Under the pieces are notes generated by a model. That model did not search any database. It was not told the DNA's origin and saw only the letters and a program-made list of their open reading frames with translations. DNA of 64,000 bases from Verrucomicrobiota bacterium. GTDB lineage: Bacteria > Verrucomicrobiota > Verrucomicrobiia > Limisphaerales > JAIPKD01. This document shows, one piece after another, positions 43,391 to 55,145 of the stretch. The stretch is from positions 1,771 to 65,770 of the forward strand of contig JAIPKD010000004.1 of assembly GCA_021733835.1 (NCBI GenBank), given 5' to 3'. Position 1 is the stretch's first letter; each line of letters begins with the position of its first letter. The position numbers and the translations under genes are program-made.

Positions 43391-44695
43391 CTATAATTCT
43401 TTTAGTTTTTCGCCAAGTTCTTCGACGGAAAATCCCTCTGCTATAACCTCGTGTTCGGGATCGGTGAGAATAAGCCAAGGCAAGGATTGAATACCCATCT
43501 CGAATTTCATGTCCTCGGCATCTTCATCCATCACCCCACACGGATAATGAATTTGGTTATCATCAAGCCAATTCTTCAATTGTTCTTTATCAACCGGTGA
43601 GGTATTCAGAAGAACGACGATGACGTCGTGTTCGTTTAATACGTCCGCGTTGGCGGCAAGTTGTTTGACAAAATGCCTGCTGGAGCGTTGATTCATATCC
43701 CACGCGAAGACCAGGATCGAACCGGCGTCGGCGGGCATGGTAATATCACACGTCGTCAAATCCGGTAATGTCTTTCCGACCAGTGACGACGGTGTCTTGG
43801 GGACGAACTGCGGAGTAGCACCCCCCTCGGTGAGAATCAATTTTATGTTTTTTGCGCCGCCTTGGGTTCGAACGTTCCCGAACAAATACTCGCCGTCCTT
43901 GTGAATACTCCCGTTTATCGATATTTCGCCGGCACAGACGCCGTCGAATTCAAAATACCCGTCCTTATCCGCATTCATACGCAAATGGGGCTGTCCCTGC
44001 CCATAAACGCTCAATCGAACATCGGCAATACCGTTTCCATTTATGTCTATGACCTGCCCGGACACTTTTCGATCGGCTTTCTTCAAAACAATATTCTCTA
44101 CCTCGACCGAAGACCCGGTGGAATCGGACCACACATCCTGTCTACCTGAACCGTACCCTTCGACTTTGGAAATATTGACCGAGTACCTCCAGTCCGGGAA
44201 CAATGCGTCGAATTGGTATTCGCCCTTATCATTGGTCGTAGTTTCTCTGCCGAATGAAACACCATAATTCGAACCCCAAAATTGAAGAACTACTCGTGCA
44301 TCGACAATCGGCTCGCCATTTTCGTTAACCACTTTTCCCTCTATCCCGGCGCCTTTGACGAGGTTAATCGTTACTTCCCTCGTGTCTTCATTGATCTGCG
44401 TCACTCCAGCCAATTTATTTTCCAGGTGTGTGGCGATGACATAAAATTCACCTTGCGCCCACGATGCCCGCGTCGGATCCCATAACACTTTAAACCGTCC
44501 GTCTTCATCCGATACTATACCATCTCCCTGCATTCCCCCAGTATTGGGAATCATTCGAATATTCACGCCTTCGGCCGGTTCGCCGTCGGGACCGATCACA
44601 GTCCCTGTAAGCTCCCGCTTCCCGGTATCTTGTGCGAAGACCAGACCCGACAAAAGCATGCATACACCGAACACTCCAATCCATCTTCTGCGCAT
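43391..44695 (-). CDS. secreted carboxypeptidase-regulatory-like repeat protein with C-terminal thioredoxin-like domain
   Basis: Signal peptide; three G.V..G.P/GI beta-sandwich repeats; VGKTLPDL...WDMNQRSSR...SLPWLILTD. Confidence 0.75.
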   Translation of the reverse strand: MRRRWIGVFGVCMLLSGLVFAQDTGKRELTGTVIGPDGEPAEGVNIRMIPNTGGMQGDGIVSDEDGRFKVLWDPTRASWAQGEFYVIATHLENKLAGVTQINEDTREVTINLVKGAGIEGKVVNENGEPIVDARVVLQFWGSNYGVSFGRETTTNDKGEYQFDALFPDWRYSVNISKVEGYGSGRQDVWSDSTGSSVEVENIVLKKADRKVSGQVIDINGNGIADVRLSVYGQGQPHLRMNADKDGYFEFDGVCAGEISINGSIHKDGEYLFGNVRTQGGAKNIKLILTEGGATPQFVPKTPSSLVGKTLPDLTTCDITMPADAGSILVFAWDMNQRSSRHFVKQLAANADVLNEHDVIVVLLNTSPVDKEQLKNWLDDNQIHYPCGVMDEDAEDMKFEMGIQSLPWLILTDPEHEVIAEGFSVEELGEKLKEL

Positions 44696-44730
44696 AGTTA
44701 GCTCCTCACTTTGTTATTTTGAAAAATACG

Positions 44731-47616
44731 CTATTTCCGTTTCCCGAGGGTCAGAACAGCGAGTAGTCCAAAGATTATCAAAATAATTGCCCCAACGGCG
44801 ATCAGGTTATTGTCATTACCCTCGTCCGCCGTTTCCTCGCGCTCGGCCTCTGTGGCGACTTCCTGCATCGACTGCCCCTCCTCGACTATATCGGCATCGA
44901 CGAGCCGGGGTACGGCGGGCGCGCTTAAGTCTATCTCACCGTCTCGGGCGATCTTTTCGATTTGCGAGGAATTCAACACCGAATCGAACACGCGCACCTC
45001 ATCGATCAGTCCGTTGAAAAACCGGTTGGTAAAACCGGTATCGGCGCCGATCCAGAGAGCGCCATCGAATTCCTCGGGCGGATGAATTGTATTATTCGCG
45101 GCCGACTTCAACACATCGCCGTCATACAAATACAACGTCCCTTTCTTCGGCTGAACGGTTAACGCGACAAACACCCAGCGCTCCCGCGGCACCATCAGAC
45201 CGGGGTTCCAGGAATACGTTTGTACCATATCATTCCAGTGATACCGCAGATTGTCGCCCTCTAAATTGATACCGGCGACCGTTTGATCCGTGCGGCAGAA
45301 GACGATACCACAAGTCCGCGCATCTTGTTGCTGTATGCCCTCCTGTTGCCGGGCATTTATCCATGCGCAAATAGTGAGAGTATCCGTGTTCAAGCCCAAG
45401 GCCGGGGTTTCGATATAGTCATCCTCGCCATCGAGTTGAACCGCTTGACCGATACGTCCCGCCTGCCACGACGGCGCGCCTTGAACCGCACCGTCGAATT
45501 CCCCCTGCTCATCTACAGGCGTTCCGTCCAGCTTCCAGTGCGCAATCTGTTGTCTTCGGACTCTTAACGACCATACGGCGCCTTGCTCGATGGATTCGTC
45601 CTCGGATATCTCGTCAATACGCCAGACATATTCTTTACCGGGCGCTAGGCCGGCCGTTGTTATCCGGGGCTTGCCTTTGACGCGGCCCAGTAGCTTCAGG
45701 GCATCCTCGTCCTCGCCGATATAGACGTCATGCGCAACCGCGCCACTACCGGCGGTCCACATCAGAGTTATATTATCCGAGTATGAAATCTGCGAATCAT
45801 CGGCGGGAACGGGATTACAAGCGGCCGCACCGAGCGGTTCATGGAGGCTTACCTCGCTTAGTCCCAGTTGCGCCGTATCGGCATTGAAGGCCGTCATATT
45901 CTCGAACCGTATCTTCTCGGCCGACACAGGATCGAACGTAACAATCGTCGGCGTATCATAATCGTCAGTGCCTTCGGCCTCTTCCAAGGTCGCGTCTTTT
46001 ACAATCGTTCTCCACCCGTCATTTGCATTCCATACGGAAACATCCATCTTCCGGACGCCTAAGTCCGTATAACCGGGTTTATTAAAATTCCACACCGCGA
46101 TTGAGCCGAGCGTCTGAGCGCCGTCTTCCAGGGCAATGACGATGTCGCCGCCGGCCTTGCCTGTTTCACAAAGCCACATCCCTGATGCGTCCGTGCTGTG
46201 TTCCAGAAGTCTATCCGCATCGTTATCACTCAGACCACTGCCATCCATCAGCGCTTTGAAAGGCGATGTATCATCCACCTGCACAGGGACGGCCTGCCCG
46301 AGTGCGGGCATGGGACGGTCTTCGGGCTTCAGTGTGAAGTTGAGTTCGCGGACATCAAACGGAACGTCGAGCACGACACTTGCGTAAAACGGACGTTCAA
46401 CATCAGAAGGCTCTCGCCACGAGAGCGAACAGGTGCCGCCTCACCCATACTCCAATGAAAAATTGCGGTCGTACTCGCCTGACTTATTCCAGATACGCAC
46501 CCCCGGCGCTTCAGGTCTTACACCCGCTTTCCTCAGGGAGATGCTCTCGCCGGACTTACCGTAAAGGTTCTGATTAAAGTAAAATGTATTGCCGCTCGTA
46601 TTCCTTGCCGTCAGTTGCGAGAAAAACGGCTCGCCGACATCGACATTTACAGGCGCATTCTCGGCGACCGTGAACCCGCTGTTCGGCGGAAAACTAGTTC
46701 CGCGAAGCGTCCACGGCACTCCCAGCTCATCCTCGCGCGTTATTTCCCATGAACGAATGCGGTAATACCCTTCCGGCAGACTTACCTCGCCGCCATCGAC
46801 AGCATGTTCGAACATACCGTTCGTGCCTGCGGCCGAAAAGGATGTGATCGTATCCGGCATGGTAACGACGCCATACGCCGTATCCGGTGCGGGTTGAAGC
46901 TCTAAAAAGGCGCCGTCCTCGGCTACCTTGAGACGATAAAGTGAGCGAGCGATCTCGATATAGTTTCCGACCCAATTGGTACGCTTCCCACCTCCACTGC
47001 CGAGTATAATACGGTCACAATCGAAATTCTCCGGTTTATCATTAAACGCGCCGTTACAATTGTAGTCCAACAACATGCAGCGTTCCGTTTTTCCCCCGAT
47101 ATCAATGTTCCCTTGATACCAACATCCGGCGGAAGAATAAACATATGGAGTCTGTCTGTTATAGCAGTAATACCGGAGGTTCAGGTGGTAGGTAATCGTT
47201 CCGTCATCACCCTCGAAATAGACGGGAACGGCGCCGAACTCGACGTTGTATTGCGACGTTCGACGGCCCTTGATCTTCTGCTCGTCATCGAGCTGTCCGT
47301 CACCGTCGGTATCGATATACAGGATATCGTTCGAGCTGTATATGCTCGTTTTGTCAAACACCATCCATCGGAATCCGGCGGGGTCCATTGCCGTCGTCCA
47401 CTTGAAGAATTGTGGGGCGTCCGAAGACAATTCAGGCAATTTCATATCGGCCGGCGCTTCCGTTTCCATTTCCATTTGGAGCACCTGGTAGCTGCCGCCC
47501 ACGACTTCGCGCGCATGCTCGGAGGTATGATAATTGAGCCACTGGGCATCCGCCCAAAGAATCGGGTACGCCGATAAAAACGCTGCCGCACATAGCCATG
47601 AACCGATTGTTTTCAT
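44731..47616 (-). CDS. candidate exported selenoprotein (UGA read-through joins the 391-aa and 547-aa ORFs; contains a LamG domain and C-terminal TM anchor)
   Basis: Both ORFs are in one frame with only the TGA at 46441-46443 between them; 22 sense codons GGTCSLSWREPSDVERPFYASV bridge them; hairpin downstream of the TGA. Confidence 0.7.
46410..46426 (-). promoter_or_regulatory. putative bacterial SECIS hairpin
   Basis: GCTCTCG-TGG-CGAGAGC, a perfect 7-bp stem starting 14 nt after the in-frame UGA. Confidence 0.65.
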
Positions 47617-47712
47617 TCCGCTCTCCTATAGTCGAAGATCAATCCTCGTTCCACGGACAGTTTACATTTCCAAATTTAAGGTAAATATGTTCCGAAATAA
47701 ATATTGTGCAAG

Positions 47713-47742
47713 AAAAAAACCCCGGTTCATACCCGGGTTTTT
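47713..47742 (-). terminator. intrinsic terminator downstream of eno
   Basis: AAAAAAACCCCGG-TTCATA-CCCGGGTTTTT. Confidence 0.7.
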
Positions 47743-47770
47743 AAATGTGTTAGGATAATATTAAGCGAAC

Positions 47771-49048
<1,278 letters not shown>

Positions 49049-49221
49049 TCAATTCTTTTTCGATATTCCTGTTAATTTTTGAATCCTAATTCCTCTCGTA
49101 TTCGAGTCAAGAAACAACTCGGCGGAGACACACCGAGAACAACTAAGTTATACTAAAAGTATCGTGGCGACCATACATATTTGGAGCGTAATACTGCGAA
49201 AACGACGGTGTGCGTCACCAA

Positions 49222-50481
49222 TCAACCTTGGAAACGGCTGAATGCAAGGCTTGCGTTGTGTCCGCCGAAACCGAATGAATTGCATAGGGCGGCCTTTACG
49301 GATTGTTCTCTGGCCTGATTGGGCACGTAGTCCAGATCACATTCAGGGTCAGGATGCTCGTAATTGATGGTAGGCGGGATCAGTCCTGTTTGTATCGCCT
49401 TGATGGTTGAGACACATTCGACGGCGCCCGCCGCACCGAGCATGTGCCCGGTGGCGCCTTTGATTGAACTTACCGCAACGCGCCGCGCCTCCTCATTAAA
49501 CACGGTTTTAATGGCTTGTGTCTCACAAAGGTCGTTTTGAATCGTCGACGTTCCATGCGCGTTGATATAGTGCACGTCCTCGACATTCAACCCTCCGGAG
49601 CTCAACGCTTTCTGCATACACCTGGCGGCACCTTCACCACCCGGTGCGGGCGCCGTTAAATGGTAAGCATCCGCGGTATTCCCGTACCCGACCAACTCGC
49701 ATAAGATGTCGGCGTCTCTGGCCAGGGCGTGTTCAAGTTCTTCAAGCACGATAACGCCGGCGCCTTCGCCCATGACGAAGCCGTCGCGTTCGGCGTCGAA
49801 CGGGCGGGACGAGCGCGCTGGATCATCGTTGCGTGTACTCAGCGCCTTCATTGCGCAGAAACCGCCGATACCCAATGGGATAATCGTCGCTTCCGCGCCG
49901 CCGGTAAACATAATATCCGCATCGCCCATCTTGATATTCCGCCACGCTTCGCCGATGGCGTGGGCGGATGTCGCGCAGGCGGAGCATGTCGCTAGATTCG
50001 GTCCTCGTAGTCTATGGTAAATGGAAAACATCCCCGACGCCATATTGAGAATAAGCATCGGTATCATGAACGGCGAGAGCCTTCGCGGCCCACGGTTCAG
50101 TAAGATTTTATGTTGCTCGGACGTGGTATGGAGTCCGCCGATCCCGGAGCCGATAAAGACACCGATTCTATCGCGATCCTCTTGATCCAGCACCAGCCTT
50201 GAATCCTGCAGCGCTTGGTACCCAGCCTGGACGGCAAACTGCGTGAACCGCTCCGTCCTGCGCCCCTCCTTTGGTGAAGGGAATGCCGCGGAGGGGTCGA
50301 AGTCATGGACTTCCCCCGCTATCCTGCTATCGAAGTCCGAGGCGTCGAAGCTGGTAATTTCTCTAATGCCGCTCTTGCCGTTGACTAGGTTATTCCAAAA
50401 GTCGCCGGTGGAATTTCCTATAGGCGATACGACACCCATGCCGGTTACTACGACACGCCGATCTTTATAAGGTAAGGTCAT
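49222..50481 (-). CDS. fabF: beta-ketoacyl-ACP synthase II
   Basis: SACAT, INAHGTST, GHMLGAAG, NSFGFGGHN. Confidence 0.96.
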   Translation of the reverse strand: MTLPYKDRRVVVTGMGVVSPIGNSTGDFWNNLVNGKSGIREITSFDASDFDSRIAGEVHDFDPSAAFPSPKEGRRTERFTQFAVQAGYQALQDSRLVLDQEDRDRIGVFIGSGIGGLHTTSEQHKILLNRGPRRLSPFMIPMLILNMASGMFSIYHRLRGPNLATCSACATSAHAIGEAWRNIKMGDADIMFTGGAEATIIPLGIGGFCAMKALSTRNDDPARSSRPFDAERDGFVMGEGAGVIVLEELEHALARDADILCELVGYGNTADAYHLTAPAPGGEGAARCMQKALSSGGLNVEDVHYINAHGTSTIQNDLCETQAIKTVFNEEARRVAVSSIKGATGHMLGAAGAVECVSTIKAIQTGLIPPTINYEHPDPECDLDYVPNQAREQSVKAALCNSFGFGGHNASLAFSRFQG

Positions 50482-50544
50482 GAGACACTTAATAGCGTCA
50501 AAACGCCGCCTGATTGAACCGTGATCAGAATAAGACTCCGTCCG

Positions 50545-50790
50545 TTATTTCTGGTTATCCTCGATGAATTTGCAGACGTCGCCGACACTGAGGAGTTTTT
50601 CGGCTTCTTCATCCGAAACCTCTATCCCGAATTCTTCTTCAAGTGCCATGATTAACTCGACGATGTCCAGCGAGTCCGCGCTCAAGTCCTCTATAAATTT
50701 GGCCTCGGGCCTTACCTGATCGGCGCTCACACTTAACTGTGAGGCGACTATTTCCTTTATTCGTTGTTCTATTGATTTTTCTTCAGCCAT
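50545..50790 (-). CDS. acpP: acyl carrier protein
   Basis: [20 protein letters not shown]. Confidence 0.96.
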   Translation of the reverse strand: MAEEKSIEQRIKEIVASQLSVSADQVRPEAKFIEDLSADSLDIVELIMALEEEFGIEVSDEEAEKLLSVGDVCKFIEDNQK

Positions 50791-50950
50791 GATTTCTCCA
50801 ATATAGTTTTCTTGTGTCTGTATTCAACGGATTTTCCGCCGTCAAGTCTCAAATGCTAGTTAGTTCCGGGGAAAACCCCCTGTGCACTGGTTTCGATCTC
50901 ATATTTTCCGGTAGAACATATTAATGCCCTCGGCATTCCGGAATGTTTTT

Positions 50951-51694
50951 TCACATTGCCAATCCGCCGTCAACAGATAATACGTGACCTGTGATATATT
51001 TTCCACTGCCTCCGGCAAGAAATACCGCCGCCTTCGCGATGTCTTCAGGACTTCCAAATGTGTTCATCGGAATTCGTGCCTGAATATCTTTACGTACCGA
51101 TTCACCCAGCTTTGAAGTCATGTTGGTATCGATAAAACCCGGCGCAATTACATTAACGGTTATCCCGCGTGAGGCCAGTTCCCTGGCAACGGATTTGGAG
51201 AATCCTATGAGACCGGCCTTGCTCGCCGAATAATTCGCTTGTCCGGGATTCCCCATTATTCCCGCAACGGAGCCGATGTTTATTATTCGCCCCGCGCGTT
51301 GCTTCACGAAAACCATGGAAAGCGCGCGCGTAAACAGGAACGCGCCCTTGAGATTAGTCGTCATTACGTCGTCCCAGTCATCGTCGCTCATGCGCATGAC
51401 GAGTGTATCCCGGGTAATCCCGGCATTATTGACCAGGATATCGACTCGACCCGCTTCCGACATAATCTTATCGACGGCGGCATTCACCGATTCGATGTCG
51501 CCGACATCCACCGCAAGCGGCCATGCGCGACGCTCCAGCGCCCGGACGTCGGATGCCGTACTTTCGGCATTTTCCCTGGTTCTGGACACACAGAATACGT
51601 CCGCGCCGTTCTTTGCGAACTCTATCGCAATCGCTTTCCCTATCCCCCGGCCTGCCCCTGTGACAACCGCTACATTATTCAGCAATTCACTCAT
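50951..51694 (-). CDS. fabG: 3-oxoacyl-ACP reductase
   Basis: TGAGRGIG, NNAGITRD, GQANYSASK. Confidence 0.95.
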   Translation of the reverse strand: MSELLNNVAVVTGAGRGIGKAIAIEFAKNGADVFCVSRTRENAESTASDVRALERRAWPLAVDVGDIESVNAAVDKIMSEAGRVDILVNNAGITRDTLVMRMSDDDWDDVMTTNLKGAFLFTRALSMVFVKQRAGRIINIGSVAGIMGNPGQANYSASKAGLIGFSKSVARELASRGITVNVIAPGFIDTNMTSKLGESVRKDIQARIPMNTFGSPEDIAKAAVFLAGGSGKYITGHVLSVDGGLAM

Positions 51695-51797
51695 AAATCA
51701 CCGCAGTTGTGGTCATATCCTTCTCTCGTGTCAATCCTGGAATTCGCGCTTCCTGGTTCCGAGCTATTTTTTCTCGTTCGGCTCCCGAGGTTAACAC

Positions 51798-52724
51798 CTA
51801 TTTCACGGCCTCCAACGTCCTTTTAAGACTCTCCGTATCCGATACATTAAGTATTTCAAAATTTTTGCCAATCCTTTTTAAGAATCCACTCAATGTTGTG
51901 CCGGGGCCAAGCTCGATAAACCGGTCGTACCCTTCATCAATCAAACGGCGCATGGACAATTCCCACAACACCGGATGCGTTACCTGCCGCACCAACAGCT
52001 GCCGAATTCGATTCGGTTCTTCGTGCGCGGATGCGGTCACATTGGAGATCACGGGCACTCGAGTCGGGTTTATGGAAACCGATTCGAGGGTTTCCGCCAG
52101 TCCGTTTTGTGCGCTCTGCATCAGTCTGGAATGATAAGCGCCCGCTACCGGTAAAGGCAGCGCGCGCTTAGCCCCCTTTTCCTTCGCAATACCACAGGCA
52201 CGGTCTATGGCATCCTTCTCGCCGGAGACCACTACCTGTCCGGGACAATTCATATTGGCAAGCTCGACATCCGCGGCCTCGCAAATTTCCCTGACCGATT
52301 TCTCGTCAAGCCCGATCAAGGCGGCCATCGCGCCGTCGGTCTTTTCACAAGCCTCCTGCATTAGCCGTCCGCGACGCCTGACAACCTTCAGTCCGTCGCC
52401 GAAATCCATGGCCCCCGCCGCGCACAACGCCGTGAATTCCCCAAGCGATAATCCTGCGGTGGCGTTGAATTCCAAGCCGGGCGCCATACTCCGGAGTAGC
52501 TCATAAGCAACCCATCCCACCAGGAAAATCGCCGGCTGCGAATGCTCGGTTTGCGTCAGCTCTTCCGCCGGCCCTTCGAAACAGATAGAGGCTAGATCGT
52601 ATCCGAGAAGTCCGTTCGCCTGACCGAACAGCTCACGCGCCTGGTCGAATCCATCGAACAAATCCTTCCCCATACCCACCTTTTGAGCACCCTGCCCTGC
52701 AAAAAGTAATGCTGTCTTTCGCAT
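51798..52724 (-). CDS. fabD: malonyl-CoA:ACP transacylase
   Basis: FAGQGAQ, GLSLGE, GAYHS, ELGPG. Confidence 0.95.
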   Translation of the reverse strand: MRKTALLFAGQGAQKVGMGKDLFDGFDQARELFGQANGLLGYDLASICFEGPAEELTQTEHSQPAIFLVGWVAYELLRSMAPGLEFNATAGLSLGEFTALCAAGAMDFGDGLKVVRRRGRLMQEACEKTDGAMAALIGLDEKSVREICEAADVELANMNCPGQVVVSGEKDAIDRACGIAKEKGAKRALPLPVAGAYHSRLMQSAQNGLAETLESVSINPTRVPVISNVTASAHEEPNRIRQLLVRQVTHPVLWELSMRRLIDEGYDRFIELGPGTTLSGFLKRIGKNFEILNVSDTESLKRTLEAVK

Positions 52725-52963
52725 AAGACGCACTGAATAAACTAAAAACGCCGATTATTGAAAAGTATTAAATCAGCCTTTCAATCAATGATCATTATCT
52801 ACCGCCGAATGACAGCGGATACAATTCATTTTACCGCGCGTATCCCTGCGCTCGCTCTGCTTGGTATGGCATGAGCGGCAGTCGGAAGTTTCCTTCGATA
52901 CCGGTTTATTGACATTCTATGGCAACTTGATATATCATTTTTTCATAAATAAGAGAAATTGAA

Positions 52964-54184
52964 ATGGAAGCGATCAATCAAACCACGCGGTATCTGCAAT
53001 CGTTGTCGAGCGAACTTGCGGCGGAAACGGCGGTTCTTGTCGATTATCTCATGATCGACGCCATCAAGGCGGGCGCCAGTGACATTCATATCGAACCCTG
53101 GGAAAACACATTATCCGTTCGAATGCGTGTAAACGGCGTTCTCACCGAGCTTGTTCACCTGCCGCTTGATTTGATGGAGAAGATATCCGGCAGACTCAAG
53201 GTAATGGCCAACCTGGTGACATATCAAACCACTCTACCGCAAGAAGGCCATGCGGTTGCCAACCCCGAGGTCGGCGGCGTCGAACTCCGAATCTCGGTAT
53301 TTCCGACCGTCCGCGGCGAAAAAATCGTGATTCGCCTGTTCGATCCCAGCAATCGCAGTTTTGACTTGAGCCAACTCGGTTTCGAGGACGAGACACTCAC
53401 CAATCTCATGGAATTACTATCCAAGGCCAACGGACTCATCCTCCTCACCGGCCCGACCGGCTCCGGAAAAACCACGGCCATCTACGCGGCGCTTTATTAC
53501 CTGGTACAAAAGTACGGTTCCTCGATCAGTATAAGCACAGTGGAAGACCCCGTCGAATGCCACCTCCCGACCATCAGCCAGGCGCAGATTAATCCTACCC
53601 AGGAATTTACGTACCCGATTGCCCTGCGTTCGTTAATGCGCCAAGACCCGCAGGTAATCATGGTCGGCGAGATTCGTGATCCGGAAACGGCCGCCATCGC
53701 GGTTCAAGCTGGATTAACCGGACACCTCGTTATTAGTACTATCCACAGCGGCAGTACGGCCGGTGTCTTCGCCAGGCTTATCAATATGAACGTCGAACCG
53801 TTCCTTCTCGCCTCCAGCATCACCGGCATCCTCGGACTCAGGTTAATCCGGAATAACTGCACCTTCTGCACAGAACCCTACGAGCCCGACCCAATGCTCT
53901 TAGACAATCTGGCACCGGAGGAGGTTGAGGATGCAATATTCCGCCACGGCGCAGGCTGTCCGGAGTGTATGGAGACGGGATACGAAGGACGTTCCGCAAT
54001 TACCGAGTTCCTTCTAGTAAACGAGGCCATTCGGGAAACGGTCATGCAAAAACGTCCGACACGCGAAATACAGGAGCTCGCCATTCAAAGCGGAATGAAT
54101 ACCCTCTGGCACAACGGTCTCCAACGCACCCTGAACGGCCAAACTCCGCTCGAGGAAATCTGCCGCGTCATCGCCGCCGGATGA
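52964..54184 (+). CDS. GspE/PilB family secretion ATPase
   Basis: ASDIHIEP, GPTGSGKTT, EDPVE, RQDPQVIMVGEIRD, zinc CxxC pairs. Confidence 0.92.
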   Translation: MEAINQTTRYLQSLSSELAAETAVLVDYLMIDAIKAGASDIHIEPWENTLSVRMRVNGVLTELVHLPLDLMEKISGRLKVMANLVTYQTTLPQEGHAVANPEVGGVELRISVFPTVRGEKIVIRLFDPSNRSFDLSQLGFEDETLTNLMELLSKANGLILLTGPTGSGKTTAIYAALYYLVQKYGSSISISTVEDPVECHLPTISQAQINPTQEFTYPIALRSLMRQDPQVIMVGEIRDPETAAIAVQAGLTGHLVISTIHSGSTAGVFARLINMNVEPFLLASSITGILGLRLIRNNCTFCTEPYEPDPMLLDNLAPEEVEDAIFRHGAGCPECMETGYEGRSAITEFLLVNEAIRETVMQKRPTREIQELAIQSGMNTLWHNGLQRTLNGQTPLEEICRVIAAG

Positions 54185-54300
54185 TATCAGACAGACAACG
54201 GTTGTAGAAAGCCACTCCCGAGGACTACCGTTCGCGTATCGAATGTATTATCTTGTTTTTCGCCTTTCAGTTACGGCGTACATCCATAAGAATAAACGTA

Positions 54301-55098
54301 ATGAACGGCATAGACCTAACACAAACACTGAATATAGCGGTTGACGCCGCGAAAACGGCGGGTCTGCTCCTGAAACAAAATCTTACCTCACAGAAAATCG
54401 CCGATTCGGTATCACAATATGATATCAAGCTGGAACTGGACACCCGATGCCAAGACTTAATCCATAAACACCTGCACACTCGATTTCCGGATATAGATTT
54501 CCTGGGTGAGGAAGGTGAACGCGCCGACTTCAAGAACCAGTACCGCTGGGTAGTCGATCCGATCGACGGCACGGTGAATTTCGCCTATGGTATACCACAC
54601 GCGTGCGTCTCAATAGCGCTCCAGGAGTCAATCCAGTCTAATACAGGCGAAAACACCTTCCATACCGTTGTCGGTGTGGTTTATGATCCCTTCTGCGACG
54701 AGCTTTGGACGGGGATACGCGGCGGCGAAGGAAGGCTAAACGGCACACCGATCCGCGTCAGCGATCGGGACAGCCTCGATGAAACAGTTATCTCGATCGG
54801 CTTCGCAAAACTCGACCCCACACTCAGAAAGCTACTCCCAAAGCTCGACGCTATAGTACCTAAAGTCCGCAAGGTGCGAATCATGGGCTCGGCCGCTTTG
54901 GACCTGGTTTATGTCGCAACCGGGCGTCTGGACGCATATTGGGAATGCGGCGTCCGGCTCTGGGATATAGCAGCCGGCGGCCTGATCCTCGAATGCGCCG
55001 GCGGCGAATTCTGGAACAAGCAGCTCTCCGGCGATCTCAAATACCTGATCATCGCATCAAACGGCCGCATCCGCGATCAACTCCAGCAACTCATATGA
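54301..55098 (+). CDS. suhB: inositol monophosphatase family protein
   Basis: GEE, WVVDPIDGTVNF, GSAALDL, WDIAAG. Confidence 0.85.
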   Translation: MNGIDLTQTLNIAVDAAKTAGLLLKQNLTSQKIADSVSQYDIKLELDTRCQDLIHKHLHTRFPDIDFLGEEGERADFKNQYRWVVDPIDGTVNFAYGIPHACVSIALQESIQSNTGENTFHTVVGVVYDPFCDELWTGIRGGEGRLNGTPIRVSDRDSLDETVISIGFAKLDPTLRKLLPKLDAIVPKVRKVRIMGSAALDLVYVATGRLDAYWECGVRLWDIAAGGLILECAGGEFWNKQLSGDLKYLIIASNGRIRDQLQQLI

Positions 55099-55145
55099 AA
55101 CACTCGCCGGACAATACACAAATACCGCGACACCGTTGACCACTT

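Noticed and set aside
46441-46443. Genome-wide UGA reassignment as the explanation for the in-frame TGA
   Set aside because: Conserved genes in the window (purM, rpoN, fabF, fabG) end at TGA at their normal C-termini.
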